Source: Octopus vulgaris (Eukaryota). From it: a stretch of 64,000 nt of DNA. Of this stretch, positions 12,677 to 25,946 are shown in pieces. The DNA lies in NCBI GenBank assembly GCA_951406725.2, contig OX597815.1, positions 22,878,001 through 22,942,000 of the forward strand, given 5' to 3'. The position numbers and the translations under genes are program-made. The notes beneath the pieces are model-generated. The model was not told where the DNA came from. It did not search any database and worked only from the letters and a program-made list of their open reading frames with translations. How positions within the stretch are numbered: the first letter of the stretch is position 1; the number at the start of each line of letters is the position of its first letter.

Positions 12677-12848
12677 ATATCATCATTTTTGATGAAATAC
12701 CATATCATCATAATACCATATCATCATTTTTGATGAAATGTAGCAATTATTTTCAATATGTTGCTCCAATTCTAAAACAGTGTTATCACAATAAATCTTG
12801 AACAAAAGCCTTTAACCAAAGTTTTATGTTCAACAATTCAATCCATAA

Positions 12849-13218
12849 TCTCTCTATATATAAATGGCAGTTTGTCTGTGTGTGTTTCTGTGTGTCTGTT
12901 AGGTTGTACCCTCACCCTGACCACGGCTTTCAACTGATTCTGATGAAACTTGACACACACATAGCCCAATGTCATAATTCAAAACTAACGCAGCGAAAAT
13001 TTTGAAAAGTTCCCCCAGTTCTGAAAAAAATCGATAAATTCAACATGGGGTCGAGAATCAGAAACACAAACCACAGACTGTCTAGGAGACACAACTCGAC
13101 CTTTTTAACTAAAAAAAATTTACCATCATTTTTTTTCCATTTTTTGGCTATAACTCTCTAAAAATGCTTTATAGTTATTTCCCTTACAAACCCGAGCAAC
13201 GCCGGGCGATACTGCTAG
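12849..13218 (+). mobile_element. Non-autonomous Helitron
   Basis: A|TC 5' end, subterminal hairpin cccgagcaacgccggg, CTAG|T 3' end, no TSD. Confidence 0.85.
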
Positions 13219-13695
13219 TATCAATTAAAAAGAAAAATGAGTCTTGGCCAAAAAATTCCATGCCATTCTCACTGAGTTCATACATCAAAATGTGTTTGAA
13301 AAAGTTTTGTAAAAGTGTTGAGATCAAAAATAGCCAATGTCTTATAACACAGTAAAATCCCCACTAACAGCCAAATATGTCTTCCAGCAGGACAAGGGCT
13401 ACTTAAAGCAAACATCTGGATGAAATTTAGAAATCTTGTTTACGACATACATCAAAACTTTGGCAGGACCTTTAATTACCCTTGTTAAAAAAAATAATTC
13501 AATATCGATGCCAGTTATGAAAGTGTGAAGCTGACAGACATTTTCTGGTATAGAAAATATCAAGATGGCATCATACCTAGCAATGGCCATGAGATGTTGT
13601 TAAGTAGCAGTGCTAAATTTAATTTTATCCATCACACACACATACGTGCACACACATACACACATGCACACACACACGTATAATCTAAAAAATGC

Positions 13696-14122
13696 AGATC
13701 TTTTCGGTTTGAATGGCATTTTTTTCTAGTGGTGTCATATGAAATTGTCACCCATAATTATGACCCTAGTATCGATTATGACCCTAATGCATTTCAATCT
13801 GTTTTAGGGTTAGGGTTAGGGGTAGGAGGAAGGGTATCTTTTTTTCTTCACAAATGTAAATAAACCCAATCTGTTTCTTAAACGAGGGACATATTCATAC
13901 GGCACAGAATGTTTTTTTTACCTCAATAGACGTCATTGATTGGTTGAAATTGCAGAAATTGAAGAGAAAAAACAACAAATATCTTACAAACTATAGAATT
14001 TTCTCAATAAAGCCAAGAGAAAAAGATGTTTTATAAACACATTCTACCAGTATACGTAGTTTAAAAGTGTTTAGTTACGTAGAAATTATTTTTAAAAACT
14101 GCCGTTCAAACCGAAAAGATTC
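13696..14122. mobile_element. MITE, Merlin-like, second copy (TSD AAAAATGC)
   Basis: Colinear with 8966-9392; TIR gatcttttcggtttgaa; aaaaatgc on both flanks; internal ttagggttagggttagggg. Confidence 0.85.
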
Positions 14123-15214
14123 AAAAATGCAGTACAACACAACTAAACTAAAATGTTTGGTTATAACCCCTAAAATTTTCTGAAATATATCAACAGTACA
14201 GAGGACTGCATTACAATCTGACCCATGCTGTGGAATGATAAATAAAATGACATACAACAAAGTCAAGATAACTCCTGTCCATTCAAATTACAAAGGAGGT
14301 ATTATCTTAAATTACTTAAGTCAATCTTTAATATTAGCTTTCAGACTCAGGGTGTAAGGATTGTTGTCAACAATATCTTGATTGGAAAGCTTATAGTAGC
14401 ATCATAACTGATGCTGAATATTAGATGTGTAGCCAGATTTTGAAGAATATGTCCCCCGCTTACTTTCCATATATATGATATGTGTGTGTGTATGTATGTA
14501 TGTATGTGTGTATTATATATATATATATATATATATACATATACACACACACACACACACACATGCATACATGTGTGATAAGAAGCTTGTTTCCCATGGC
14601 CCCTTAGGCAAGTGTCTTCTACTATAGCCTCAGGCAAAACTGAAAGAAGCCCATCATATATATATATATATTTGCATGTTTGTCCCCCCACCATCACTTG
14701 GCAACTAATGTGGTGTTTTTACGGTGAAACACATCATCAGTTGTCAGATATTTTCTGTATAGAAAACACTAGGTAGTGGTCAAAAGATTCAAACTTTACA
14801 GGGTATCATTCCACAAGGTAATCAAAGGCTATATGACAGATCAGGTTGAAAGGGTATAGAAGCAATCATTGGGATAAGAAAATTAGACACATCAAATATA
14901 TTAAATATATTAAGTACATATTTTGTATTTGATGTACTTAATATATTTAATATATCTAATGGCAATTTCTGTCTGTTACCATCTTGCTGCCTACACCAAG
15001 TGAACCAATTTTGACGAAATTTTGCATACATATTAAACTAACATCCAGTTCAATTATAGGCTAATTGGATTTCAATAAAAATCTATAATGGACACTCTAG
15101 CAGGATTGGGCTATTATTTGATAAAATGAGAAGGATGCAAAGAGTGTTAGAGTGAGGAAAATGTGGTGGCAGAGTGAGTGTGGCTGATATCAAGGAAGGG
15201 AAGAACATATTCTT

Positions 15215-15289
<75 letters not shown>

Positions 15290-15290
<1 letters not shown>

Positions 15291-16228
15291 TTATATATTC
15301 CTTTTTTCAAAATTCTTGATGTGAAATCATGTGTTGAAACATATTGTTGTATTTAGGGAAGGTCATGTTGCCAGTTTAGCCAATAAAAACACACACTATA
15401 TATTTGGTGTTAATTTGCTTCAACTTTATTTTATTTTTTACATTAATCGTATTTCGGCCAGAGTTCTTTCGTCACACTTCTGTGACCTCATCAGTGGTCC
15501 TTTGCTTTCTCCTTTCTTATTTGTGTGTCTTTCCCTACTACTGATCAGCCATTTAGTATTTTGTATTCCTATTGTATGTGTCTTTATTTGCGCATGCATA
15601 TACGCGTATGTGTGTCTATGTTTGGAAAGTCTGTGTGTGAGGGGAGTGCCTGTATTATCTGTATCCCCTGTTATAGACGTTCATTCAATTTGCTTTTATT
15701 TATTTTGTTCATGTGTTTATACCTACTTATTTTTTTATTCTTTTTTTTTTTGTATTTAATTTAATTTAATTTTGCTAATGTGTATAGTTATCTAATTCCA
15801 TTTGTTTATCTGTGTATTGTGTTATTTATATTGTTATCAGTTTATGGGGATCTTATTCTGTCATATGTTGGGGTGTGTGCTAGTGTTCCATTCTAGTTTC
15901 CTATTCAGGCTAGGTTTATCTTCTATTATGTGTGTAGCTTCTGTAATTTGTCTAAGCATTGTGTCTGTTCTACGTGTGGACAAGATTTTAACTTCTATGT
16001 TGTTGAGACTACATTTCTTGCTTTACAGTTTGTTTGTGGACTAAATCTACATACAGTACAGTGGATTGGGTTCTACAAAAAGGGTAGGTTCTATCAATTA
16101 GGGATTTGATAGGGTTATCTGGCCTTTCTTAGCTTAAGTTTGTCTAGTGCCCTTCTAAAGTGGTACGCCAGTTCGCCTCTAGGGGTGGTGTCGACGAACA
16201 TGACACTCTGGTATTTGTGGCTATCATA
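15290..16228 (-). mobile_element. Penelope-like element remnant (RT C-terminus/GIY-YIG end plus pLTR)
   Basis: Minus translation CTVCRFSPQTNCKARNVV..EVKILSTRRTDTMLRQITEATHIIEDKPSLNRKLEWN resembles the PLE GIY-YIG C-terminus; pLTR with hammerhead; ends in (TA)n. Confidence 0.75.
15456..15500 (-). ncRNA. Minimal type-I hammerhead ribozyme
   Basis: Minus strand: cca CTGATGA g gtcac(agaagt)gtgac GAAA gaa CTC tgg; stem I cca/tgg, stem II 5 bp, NUH triplet CUC. Confidence 0.7.
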
Positions 16229-16234
16229 CATACA

Positions 16235-16560
16235 TTTCGTTCACTGCATGCAGTTCTCAGGTAACAGCCATAAAGAAAAGATCAGAGTATATAAAGGAGC
16301 CATGAGGAAATTTGAAACTATCTTATGTAATGATAGTAATGGGATTTGCCCACTCTATAAGAGTAAGTCATGGAACACTATTGAAAGGACAAAGAAGAAA
16401 ATAGGAAAGGCCAACTCATGGTATGATAGCCACAAATACCAGGGTGTCATGATCGTCAACACCACCCCTAGAGGCGAACTGGTGTACCACTTTAGAAGGG
16501 CCCTAGATAAACTTAAGCTAAGAATTAAGGTTGTTGAAAGGCCAGGCAACCCTATCAAAA
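16235..16560 (+). mobile_element. Inverted second segment of the same Penelope-like element
   Basis: MQFSGNSHKEKIRVYK..GICPLYKSKSWNTIER..GVMIVNTTPRGEL..IKVVERPG; 16420-16555 is the reverse complement of ~16105-16228. Confidence 0.75.
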
Positions 16561-17335
16561 AAAAAAAAAAATTTGTGCTTCTGAAGAGATCACTTACCAG
16601 AGTATAAATAATGACAGATCCTATTCAATCTTTGTTGCTATACTATATTACTATAGAATGTAGCTGTAAATTTTAGCCAACACTGTCTGCAATAGACAGA
16701 TGTAAACATCTTGTCCTAATAAACAATATGTCTGTAGGCAGAAAAAAAAGGACCAACCAGACAGGTTTCAACTTCTCCCCATAACAAAATTGTATATAAA
16801 AATGTGTTTATATCTGCCCTACACATACAGTGGTGGCTAGAAATCTATAGATGTTATTCTGTAGTTCAATATAACATTGAAAGAAAACAGAGTATTGCAT
16901 TGAAATACTGTATAACATAAAAACAAAATAATGCACCAGTAATTTATCAATTTCTTTTGTCATTATCCACTCTTCAAGTTTCTTTTTAGAGTAGTGGGTA
17001 CTTTTTAAGTCATATAAAGTACAATAAAATGCACTCGGTACACCCTGTAAAACTGTGGGCAAATTGATTATAGACAATGTAGGGTAGAGAGGAGAGTCTT
17101 GCTGAGGTTGTGATAACTTCTCTAATGCTGGTGCCATGATAAAAATTACCCAGTATACTTTGTGAAGTGATTGATGATAAGAAGCCCCTCCAGCTAGAGA
17201 AACCATACCAAAAAATGACATGGGTTAGTGATGCATGGCCCTCCAATAAATCTTGGCTGGCACTAACTCTGAATAAGAACTGACACAGACTGTAATAAAT
17301 TGTACAACCCATGCCGACATGGAAAATGGACACAT

Positions 17336-17696
17336 GCCCCGTGCTAGTAGGGTGCTAAGAGCACCATCCAAGCGTGATCATTGCCAGAGCGGCTAACTGG
17401 CTTCCATGCCGGTGGCATGTAGGGGGCACCATTCGAGCGGGATCGTTACCAGCATCGCCTTACTGGCACCTGTGCCATTCGCATGTGTACAAAATTCGAG
17501 CGAGGTTGTTGGCACGTAAAAGACCCACTACACTCTCAGAGTGGTTGGTGTTAGGAAGGGCATCCAGCTGTAGAAACTCTGCCGCAACAAGACTGGAGCC
17601 TGGTGCAGCCGTCTGGTTCGCCAGTCCTCAGTCAAGCCGTCCAGCCCATGCTAGCATGGAAAGCGGACGTTAAACAACGATGATGATGATGATGAT
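17336..17696 (+). mobile_element. RTE-related retroposon family C (long copy)
   Basis: Colinear with 5090-5427; (GAT)n tail. Confidence 0.9.
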
Positions 17697-18939
17697 TGTG
17701 TTCAGCAAAAATGATGAAAGCACATCATGAATTATGTAATGTGGAAAATTTGCCACCACTGATCTGAGTAATATATTTCTAGAAGTATTTGACCTCTGTT
17801 TATTCATCCTTTAGCAAAATCCCATTCACTGCACATAAACATTTTATGCCATAATCTCTTCAAATCTATTGCACAAGCTTCATTTATCATAATCCCAACA
17901 CATTTAAAGTGCACCTAAACCAATTTCTCTAAATCTTAGACTAGCCAGACCAGACTGTCTCTGAGGATAGCTATTACTTGCTTTAATAGGCAATGGAAAT
18001 GATATTTGCATATAACATTCCTGAATTAAATAATAGTGTTAAGTTACACATGGCCAGAACTATTGCTGACTAAAGCCTTTTTTGAACTATCAATAAATTC
18101 TTGGAATAACTGCTTCTTTAATTTCTTTTTTTAAAACTTTGGTTGGTAATTCAAATATCAGTTATTTCAAAATGAAATCTTTTAAATGAAACCATTTAAA
18201 GTAGATTTATGAGAAGTTGTGTGTTGCTTTTCACATAAGAACTTAGCTTAACACCTATAGATCATTGGAAACTATTGAGTCTGAGTCTGCCAATTTTATG
18301 TAACAGTTATCACTGCTCATTAGATGCTATTTTTAAATGAGCAAGAATATTAATAAAGTAAAAACTACATACATACAAACCTTTGAGGAAAAAAAAATCA
18401 TAATTACTTTAAGCCGAAAGTGGTTTTTACAAACATATTATAAAAATAAACATTTATATGAATTGTATTCAATAATTCATGAGAGTTTCAATAAAACTCT
18501 GCATTTGAATAACGACAAAGTAAAAAAAAAAGAAAATAGTAGCAACCAAACCATAATAGTTGATTTATACTGTTTTCAACAATTGACGTTAGGCCAAAGG
18601 CAATATAGTCAACATATCCATTTTTGAAACTAAAACAGAAATACAACATAACAGACAAAACCATTTTCCTCATATTAATTTCCAACTAGAGATGCTGCAG
18701 CCAGAGTATGGGTGGATATTATTTCTACAACAACAACAACAACAATTATGATGATGATGATGATCTTCGTTATCATCATCATCATCTTTTCTCTTCATAA
18801 ATATGCTAGTCAACTACTTAATTAAGAAAAACATATTACTGCCGAGTTTCTCACAATGTAGATTGGGGTAGAGACAGGGTAACTAAAAGGATGTAAAATT
18901 AATACAGATTTAAAACAATCTGTATTACATTTCTCAGTA

Positions 18940-19294
<355 letters not shown>

Positions 19295-19469
19295 CCACCA
19301 AATAAGTTAGGGTTGTGGATCCAACCCACTAAGGAATAACACTTATCCAATATACTGTTGGTATACAACCCAAATTATTAATACATAAGTGTTTTCAATT
19401 GCAATGCAATGAACTCACTTATTGTACTAAATGGGTGTAGGTAAAGAAATATTTTACCATTAATTTATC

Positions 19470-19591
19470 TTACAAATAAGAAAATGGAGAAACACATTCA
19501 TTGGTTTATCAGCTTTAGGATATTATGACAACATTCTAATATCCTAAAGTTGATAAACCAACTAATGTGTTTCTCCGTTTTCTTATTTGTA
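19470..19591. repeat. Fold-back palindrome next to (TA)n, end motif shared with the 478-1060 element
   Basis: tacaaataagaaaatggagaaacacatt..ggtttatcagctttaggatatta / taatatcctaaagttgataaacc..aatgtgtttctccgttttcttatttgta. Confidence 0.8.
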
Positions 19592-19718
19592 ATATATATA
19601 TATATATATATATAAGAGGAGAAAATGGATATAATAATGGGAAACTCATGGTTTACACTGGCATGTCTTTAATTAAATAGGTAACAAAGAAGCAAGAAGC
19701 AGAGATACACATATATAC

Positions 19719-19958
19719 ATCATCATCATCATATAGTGTCCGCTTTCCAAGCTAGCATGGGTTGGACGGTTCAACTGGGGTCTGGGAAGCCAGAAGGCTG
19801 CACCAGGCCCAGTCTGATCTGGCAGTGTTTCTACGGCTGGATGCCCTTCCTAATGCCAACCACTCCGTGAGTGTAGTGGGTGATTTTTACGTGCCAGATG
19901 GGGCTCGCAAACGGCTACGGTCGGATGGTGCTTTTTATGTGCCACCGATACGGGGGCC
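19719..19958 (-). mobile_element. Retroposon family C
   Basis: Match to 53174-53432 and 56889-57165. Confidence 0.85.
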
Positions 19959-20044
19959 ATATATATATATAATTATAATGCCAACCACTTTATAGAGTGT
20001 AATGAGTACTTTTTACATATACACCATAAAAATTGTTTTATAGT

Positions 20045-20436
20045 TAATGCTAGCATGGGTCAGATGCAATTCACTGAGGCAGATTTTCAACAGCCAGATG
20101 CTCTTCCTGTTTGCCAGTTCTCACTTATTTCCAGGTAAGATAATATTTCCCCATGATTGGACATATTTTCATGGAAGATTAGAAACTAATGACACGGTTT
20201 ATATGATGATGACCCTTGTTTACAACTATCAAACAATAGGAAGATGAGGAAACCCACACACACACACACATATGACAGGATTCTTTCAGTGTCCACCTAC
20301 CAAATCCACTCACAAGGCTTTGGTTAGCCCAAAGCTATAGTAGAAGAAACTTGCTGAAGGTGCCACACAGTGGGACTGAACCCAGAACCATGTGGTTGAG
20401 AAGCAAGCCTCTTACCATGCAATCACGCCTGTGCCT
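20045..20436 (-). mobile_element. SINE family D
   Basis: Same head+tail architecture as 3270-3677. Confidence 0.75.
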
Positions 20437-21071
20437 ATACACAGCCTTCCATATTTTTCACCATATCACAGGCCACATATATCTTGTTATAAATACGCCT
20501 TCATTTTGGTCATTTAACATCCATTTTTCCATGTTAGTATGGGTTGGATGGATCATTATTTGAGGTAGGATTTTACAGCTGGATGTTCTTCCTGTTACCA
20601 ACCCTTGCCTATTTTTCAAGTAAGGGATTCCCTTATTCCAAAGACAATTGAAAGTACAAAGTGACTAATTGTAATGCCAATGGGGAATGTGAACATCAGC
20701 CCCACACTGTTCAAGCATGATAGCATAGAGTGTAAACACACACACATATGTATGTATGATGGGCATCTATCCTGAAATTTCACTTACAAAATTCCCTCCC
20801 ATGTGCACTGGTCAGCCCACACCACTTATCCAAGGTGCAGTGCAATAGTAGTGAACTACTTAACTACATAATACAGCTAGATGTCTTTGATATGATACTC
20901 TAAGCATGATTGGATATGACACATTATATATGTGTCACAACTAAAGTATTCTACACTATCTATGACCTTTTATGGTAACCGTACTCATATAACAATATAG
21001 CTAAAACAATGTCACAAAAGATAGATCTACACTTTAAAAACAGATACTTCAGTTGTGAACAGCTGCTGACA

Positions 21072-21117
21072 TCAACAGATCTCAAGTACAAGTAAAATTG
21101 GTGTATTGCTTAGGTAC
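21072..21117 (-). CDS. Possible terminal coding exon ((K)YLSNTPILLVLEIC*)
   Basis: ttttag|G acceptor; phase compatible with the phase-2 end of 25792-25910; otherwise weak support. Confidence 0.25.
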
Positions 21118-21213
21118 CTAAAATTTTAGATAATTAAAGATAATTATACAAAACAAACGGCTATCTTGCTGATGACAAACCTTTTCCTATTAACAAACAC
21201 CTATCACCAACCT

Positions 21214-21640
21214 GGAGAGCTGGCATAAAGGCTAGTACGCTGGGCGAAACGTTTAGTGGTATTTCGTCTGTCTTTACATTCTGAGTTCAAATTCCGCCAA
21301 GGTCAACTTTGCCTTTCATCCTTTCGGGTTCAATTAAATAAGTATCAGTTATGCACTGGAGTTGATATAATCGACTTAATCCCTTTGTCTGTCCTTGTTT
21401 GTCCTCTCTGTGTTTAGCCCCTTGTGGGTAGTAAAGAAATAGGTATTTCGTTTGTCTTTACATTCTGAGTTCAAATTCTGCCGAGATCAACTTTGCCTTT
21501 CATTCTTTTGGGATCGATTAAATAAATACCCGTTATGCACTGGGGTCGATGTAATCGACTTAATCCCTTTGTCTGTCCTTGTTTGTCCCCTCTATGTTTA
21601 GCGCCCACCCACCCCCACCCTGTGAGCAATAAAGAAATAA
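21214..21640 (+). mobile_element. tRNA-derived Nin/Deu-domain-like SINE family B, head-to-tail dimer
   Basis: gagctggca..gagttcaaattccgcc (B box)..ctttgcctttcatcctttcgggttcaattaaataagta (Nin/Deu-like core); second unit restarts at ~21441. Confidence 0.85.
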
Positions 21641-22185
21641 ATATGGAGTACCTTATTTCCACACCTCACTAAATTCCATAGTAAACAATTTGCCCAATCG
21701 TTTCTCCCCAGAACTGCATTTCTCTGTTTATTTGCCCATGTTTTTGAGCCTTGATCAAGCTGACTTATGATTAAATAGCTAGACCCCTGTACTTTCATGC
21801 ACCCTGCACAAAATGTATGCATGCTTTTAATTTCAATTTAATGATTCTGCACATATTCTACTGCTATAGAACTTTTATACCATCAACTACCATCAACTTT
21901 TATAAACGACTGGGTGCTTAAATTTAATTAATTATTAGTTTGAATGGCCATGGTACATAGACTTACCATTCTATTTCTCTCTTTCAATACATTAAACTTG
22001 CCAAACAATATCTGAGCTTAATTATTATTTTTCTCATGAATGAGATTAGTTGAACAAATCAGTATTATTAATAATATATTGCAGACACTACAATGAAAAT
22101 TTTTAAGCAAGTAAGAAACATTCAACAATAATTAGAACTCAATTCACTCTTGATATGTTTTTGCAGTGGAGGATACAGAGTGGAT

Positions 22186-22420
22186 AAGGTGGCGAGCTGG
22201 CAGAAACATTAGCACGCCGGGCGAAATGCTTAGCGGTATTTCATCTGCCGTTATGTTCTGAGTTCAAATTTCACCGAAGTCGATTTTGCCTTTCATCCTT
22301 TCGGGGTCGATAAATTAAGTACCAGTTACGCACTGGGGTCGATGTAATCGGCTTAATCCGTTTGCCTGTCCTTGTTTATCCCCTCTGTGCTTAGCCCCTT
22401 GTGGGTAGTAAAGAAATAGG
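22186..22420 (+). mobile_element. SINE family B
   Basis: ggcgagctggcagaaac..gcctttcatcctttcggggtcgataaattaagtaccag..gtgggtagtaaagaaatag. Confidence 0.9.
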
Positions 22421-23470
22421 ATATAGACTGGATGGGTACCTAGAAATTAAAAGATTTGATTTTATTTACCCAGCACTGTAATGGAGAGAAGCTTTGTCTT
22501 TCACAGCAATGTCTTGATATATATTTCATATTTATTGCAGAGGAATTACATGATAAATGCTTTTCATTCTTTTTACTTGTTTTTCTTAAGTTCACATACA
22601 GTATAAGATATTTTATCAATACTGATAAAGCATTCATTCTTTATGCACATCAAATTCATTCATTATTTCTAAACATTCCCTTTGGTGAATGGCATTTTTC
22701 TATCAAGAATCTTTTTTTTTTTTACTACAGTACTCATATCCTTATCATAGAGCCATGGTAAGAAATTGAAATTTTAGCCAGCAAAATACTGTGAAAGTAT
22801 AATTAACTAATATTTACATTGAAATACCTATCCAGAAAATGTTTGTTTTTCTATACATATTATGGATAATGAAGGGCCATTGGAAAAGGAATAAAACAAG
22901 AAAGAGTCAATCAAAGATGTTGCAAAAGTCAGTCAAAGATAGTCAAAAGCATCAATGAAAGCAGAGACTGGGGGGAAGATTGTAAGAATAAAAAAAAAAG
23001 ACAAAGAAATGGCAATTCAAAAAGCCCAGTGTGAATGAAAGCAATTGTTATAATCTTATGAAATTTAAAAAAGAGAAATGGGATTTTTTGCAATAAAACA
23101 AGTCTTGAATGATGTTTGAAACATTATCCAAGACTTGTTTGATTACAAAAATGTCAACAAAAGGTGCATAGACTACAGACAACTGCGATAAAGTTGGAAA
23201 CAAGAACAATATTGTGGAATCAAGCACTAAACCCTTTTCTCAAATGACCCATGTTTCTTTGCAATTTACTGCTATGACTGGAACAGAAGTTGGACGCCCT
23301 ACGAATGCTTGCATGGATTTATTCAAGCTACATGGTCTACATTTTGAAACACTGGGAAAAGGGCCAAGTATATGACTGAGGGTGGAAGTCAACAACAAAC
23401 TTGAAGAGAGCATGAGCAAGATCACAAATATGACAATTTCAGTGGTTCCAGCCACTGAATTGCTTGAAAA

Positions 23471-24389
23471 CCATATCTGGAAAGTTTGCCACAAACAGTT
23501 TTACTGCAGGAAAATTAGCCTCAGGAGTTTTGGCTGTAGTAAAGTTTGTCTCATAGGAAATTTTGCTGTAGGAAAGTTCACCACATAAAAAATTTTGCCA
23601 CAAGACAATTTCACTGATAAACAGATGAATTGCTCCCTTGGTATATAATTCTTTCAACCAACATATCTATTATATTATTGTTGCAAAGCTACAGGAGTTG
23701 GGGAGGAGGGCAAAATAAAGCAATCTAAAAGATGTTTTCAAAAAGCAAAATTTCTGCTTAAATAAAAAGTAATATAAATGTGATAACATTTACAACAAAA
23801 AGGAAACAAAAAACAGAATTATAAAAAACATATATATATATATATATATATACTGGCGCAGGAGTGGCTGTGTGGTAAGAAGCTTGCTTACCAACCACAT
23901 GGTCCCAGGTTCAGTCCCACTGCATGGCACCTTGGGCAAGTGTCTTCTGCTACAGCCTCGGGCTGACCAAAGCCTTGTGAGTGGATATGGTAGACGGAAA
24001 CTGAAAGAAGCCCATCACATATATATATGTGTGTGTTTGTCTTCCCACCATGGCTTAACAACCAATATTGGTGTGTTTACGTTCCAATGACTTAGCAGTT
24101 CAGCAAAAGAGACTGATAGGATAAGTACTAGGCTTACTAAGAATAAGTCCTGAGGTCAATTTGTTCAACTAAAGGCAGTGCTCCAACATGACCGCAGTCA
24201 AGTGACTGAAACAATTAAAAGAATAAAAGAATATAAAGCAATTATTTCCAGAGTTGCAATTTTCCTGCCATATCTTCAAAATTATGTATACAGTGAAATT
24301 ATCTTATGACAAAATTTCCTATATGAGAAATGTTCCCTACGATGAGTTTTCCTATGGCAAAAATGTTTACAGCGGATGTTCCTAGAACC
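23471..24389. mobile_element. Putative MULE/foldback-type non-autonomous DNA transposon with ~15-bp subterminal tandem repeats, interrupted by SINE A
   Basis: ggaaa(a/g)ttt(g/c)c(c/t)..-type repeats at 23478-23620, inverted at ~24290-24389; cttgaaaa flanks both ends (23463-23470, 24390-24397). Confidence 0.5.
23855..24232 (+). mobile_element. SINE family A
   Basis: Full head-to-tail match. Confidence 0.9.
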
Positions 24390-24828
24390 CTTGAAAATAA
24401 ACCATAACAAACTAGCTTGATTCCTGTAGATACAACCTGTCAATAGAAGAGTAACAATCTGTAAAACAGTTCAAAATCACTCCATTTGAACATATTGGAT
24501 AGACACACACAAATAAAGAGGCTTGACATGGTTTAAATTACAATGACATCATAAAAAGATGACAAAGATATCACATGAATTTGATGCTTTATTATAAGAA
24601 ATAAAACAGGAAATCCTTTTTTATATCATGATAAATAAATTGTCATGTTGGTCCAAATAATCATCAACAGCTTTTAATAATGATAATATTTCAGAGTCGT
24701 TTTTATTTAACAGTATAAACACCATATGTAGTTCAAACTGTATTTAAAACTCTGTCATTGATTTTGTCAACTCAAAATCTTCCACTGAGCATTTATAGAC
24801 ATAAATACCTAAGTACAGTAAACCTCTC

Positions 24829-24862
24829 TATGTATGTATGTATGTATGTATGTATGTATGTA

Positions 24863-24898
<36 letters not shown>

Positions 24899-24923
24899 TG
24901 AGTGAGTGAGTGAGTGAGTGAGT

Positions 24924-24955
<32 letters not shown>
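24829..24955. repeat. Compound microsatellite (TATG)n(TG)n(GAGT)n(GA)n
   Basis: Directly visible. Confidence 0.95.
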
Positions 24956-24958
<3 letters not shown>

Positions 24959-25407
24959 AAATCTAAACAGGTTCACACATTTATTTCGAACATTTTAATT
25001 GTTGATTAATTTTTATGATTCCCAAAGTCATGAAACACATGAAGCAAAATAGTGAATAAGGCTATTTAGAACACCTGATTTTAGTTATAATCATATTGTG
25101 TGAAAGAGGCAAATAAAAATATATGAGAAACGTTCATACTATGCCAGCGAACCATATGTTACACCTTGTTAACACCCACTTTAAAACTAACCAAATCTAT
25201 TATTCTATGTTAATGCACTATCCAGTGTGACAATTGTTAAGTTGACATACATATCTTACATTTTGCTTTTTAATCTTCTAAGGATATTTTTTTTAAGAAT
25301 AATCTGTTTTGATCACTAGTGAGTTTAATGTTGCTGCAAACTGCCTTCAGTCTTTTGCTAAATACTCCAAATACTAGTTTTCCACTCCAAAGCCAACAAA
25401 TACATCA

Positions 25408-25640
25408 ATTCTTATTTCTTTATTACCCACAAGAGGTTAAACATAGAGGAGACGAACAAGGACAGACAAAGGGATTAAGTCGATTACATCGACCCCAGTG
25501 CGTAACTGGTATTTAATTTATCGACCCCGAAAGGATGAAAAGCAAAGTTGACCTCAGCAGAATTTGAACTCAGAACATAACGGCAGACGAAATACCACTG
25601 AGCATTTCGCCCAGCGTGCTAACACTTCTGCCAGCTCACC
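25408..25640 (-). mobile_element. SINE family B
   Basis: Reverse complement of the 22186 family. Confidence 0.9.
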
Positions 25641-25791
25641 AACCATCTTCTATTAAGCTGCAGTGTAACCCATATTAGAGTATTGCTCACATAACTAAAT
25701 CCATGCTGCTGATAAACACATGTACCTCTTAGGTCACAGTCACACAAAAAGTTAAAATCTTCAAGCAGATAGCAAAGATTTATTTACTCAC

Positions 25792-25910
25792 TTTGAAATT
25801 GCTTCTATATCCACATTTTTCCTGTCAGTCAGACTAAAAATTAACCACCTTCGTCTCACCATTGCTGAAAACCCTGTCAAACTATGGATGCTACCCTTAC
25901 TTCTGACTAA
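25792..25910 (-). CDS. Candidate internal exon (LVRSKGSIHSLTGFSAMVRRRWLIFSLTDRKNVDIEAIS..); product unknown
   Basis: Strong donor AAA|gtgagt; acceptor ttttttcttctaataag (alternatives exist); open frame, phase 0 continues from 29031-29183. Confidence 0.4.
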
Positions 25911-25946
25911 CTTATTAGAAGAAAAAATAATAACTTTGTACATTAA

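Noticed and set aside
13801-13830. Interstitial telomere / chromosome fusion scar (TTAGGG)
   Set aside because: Only 2-3 units and present at the same position inside both MITE copies
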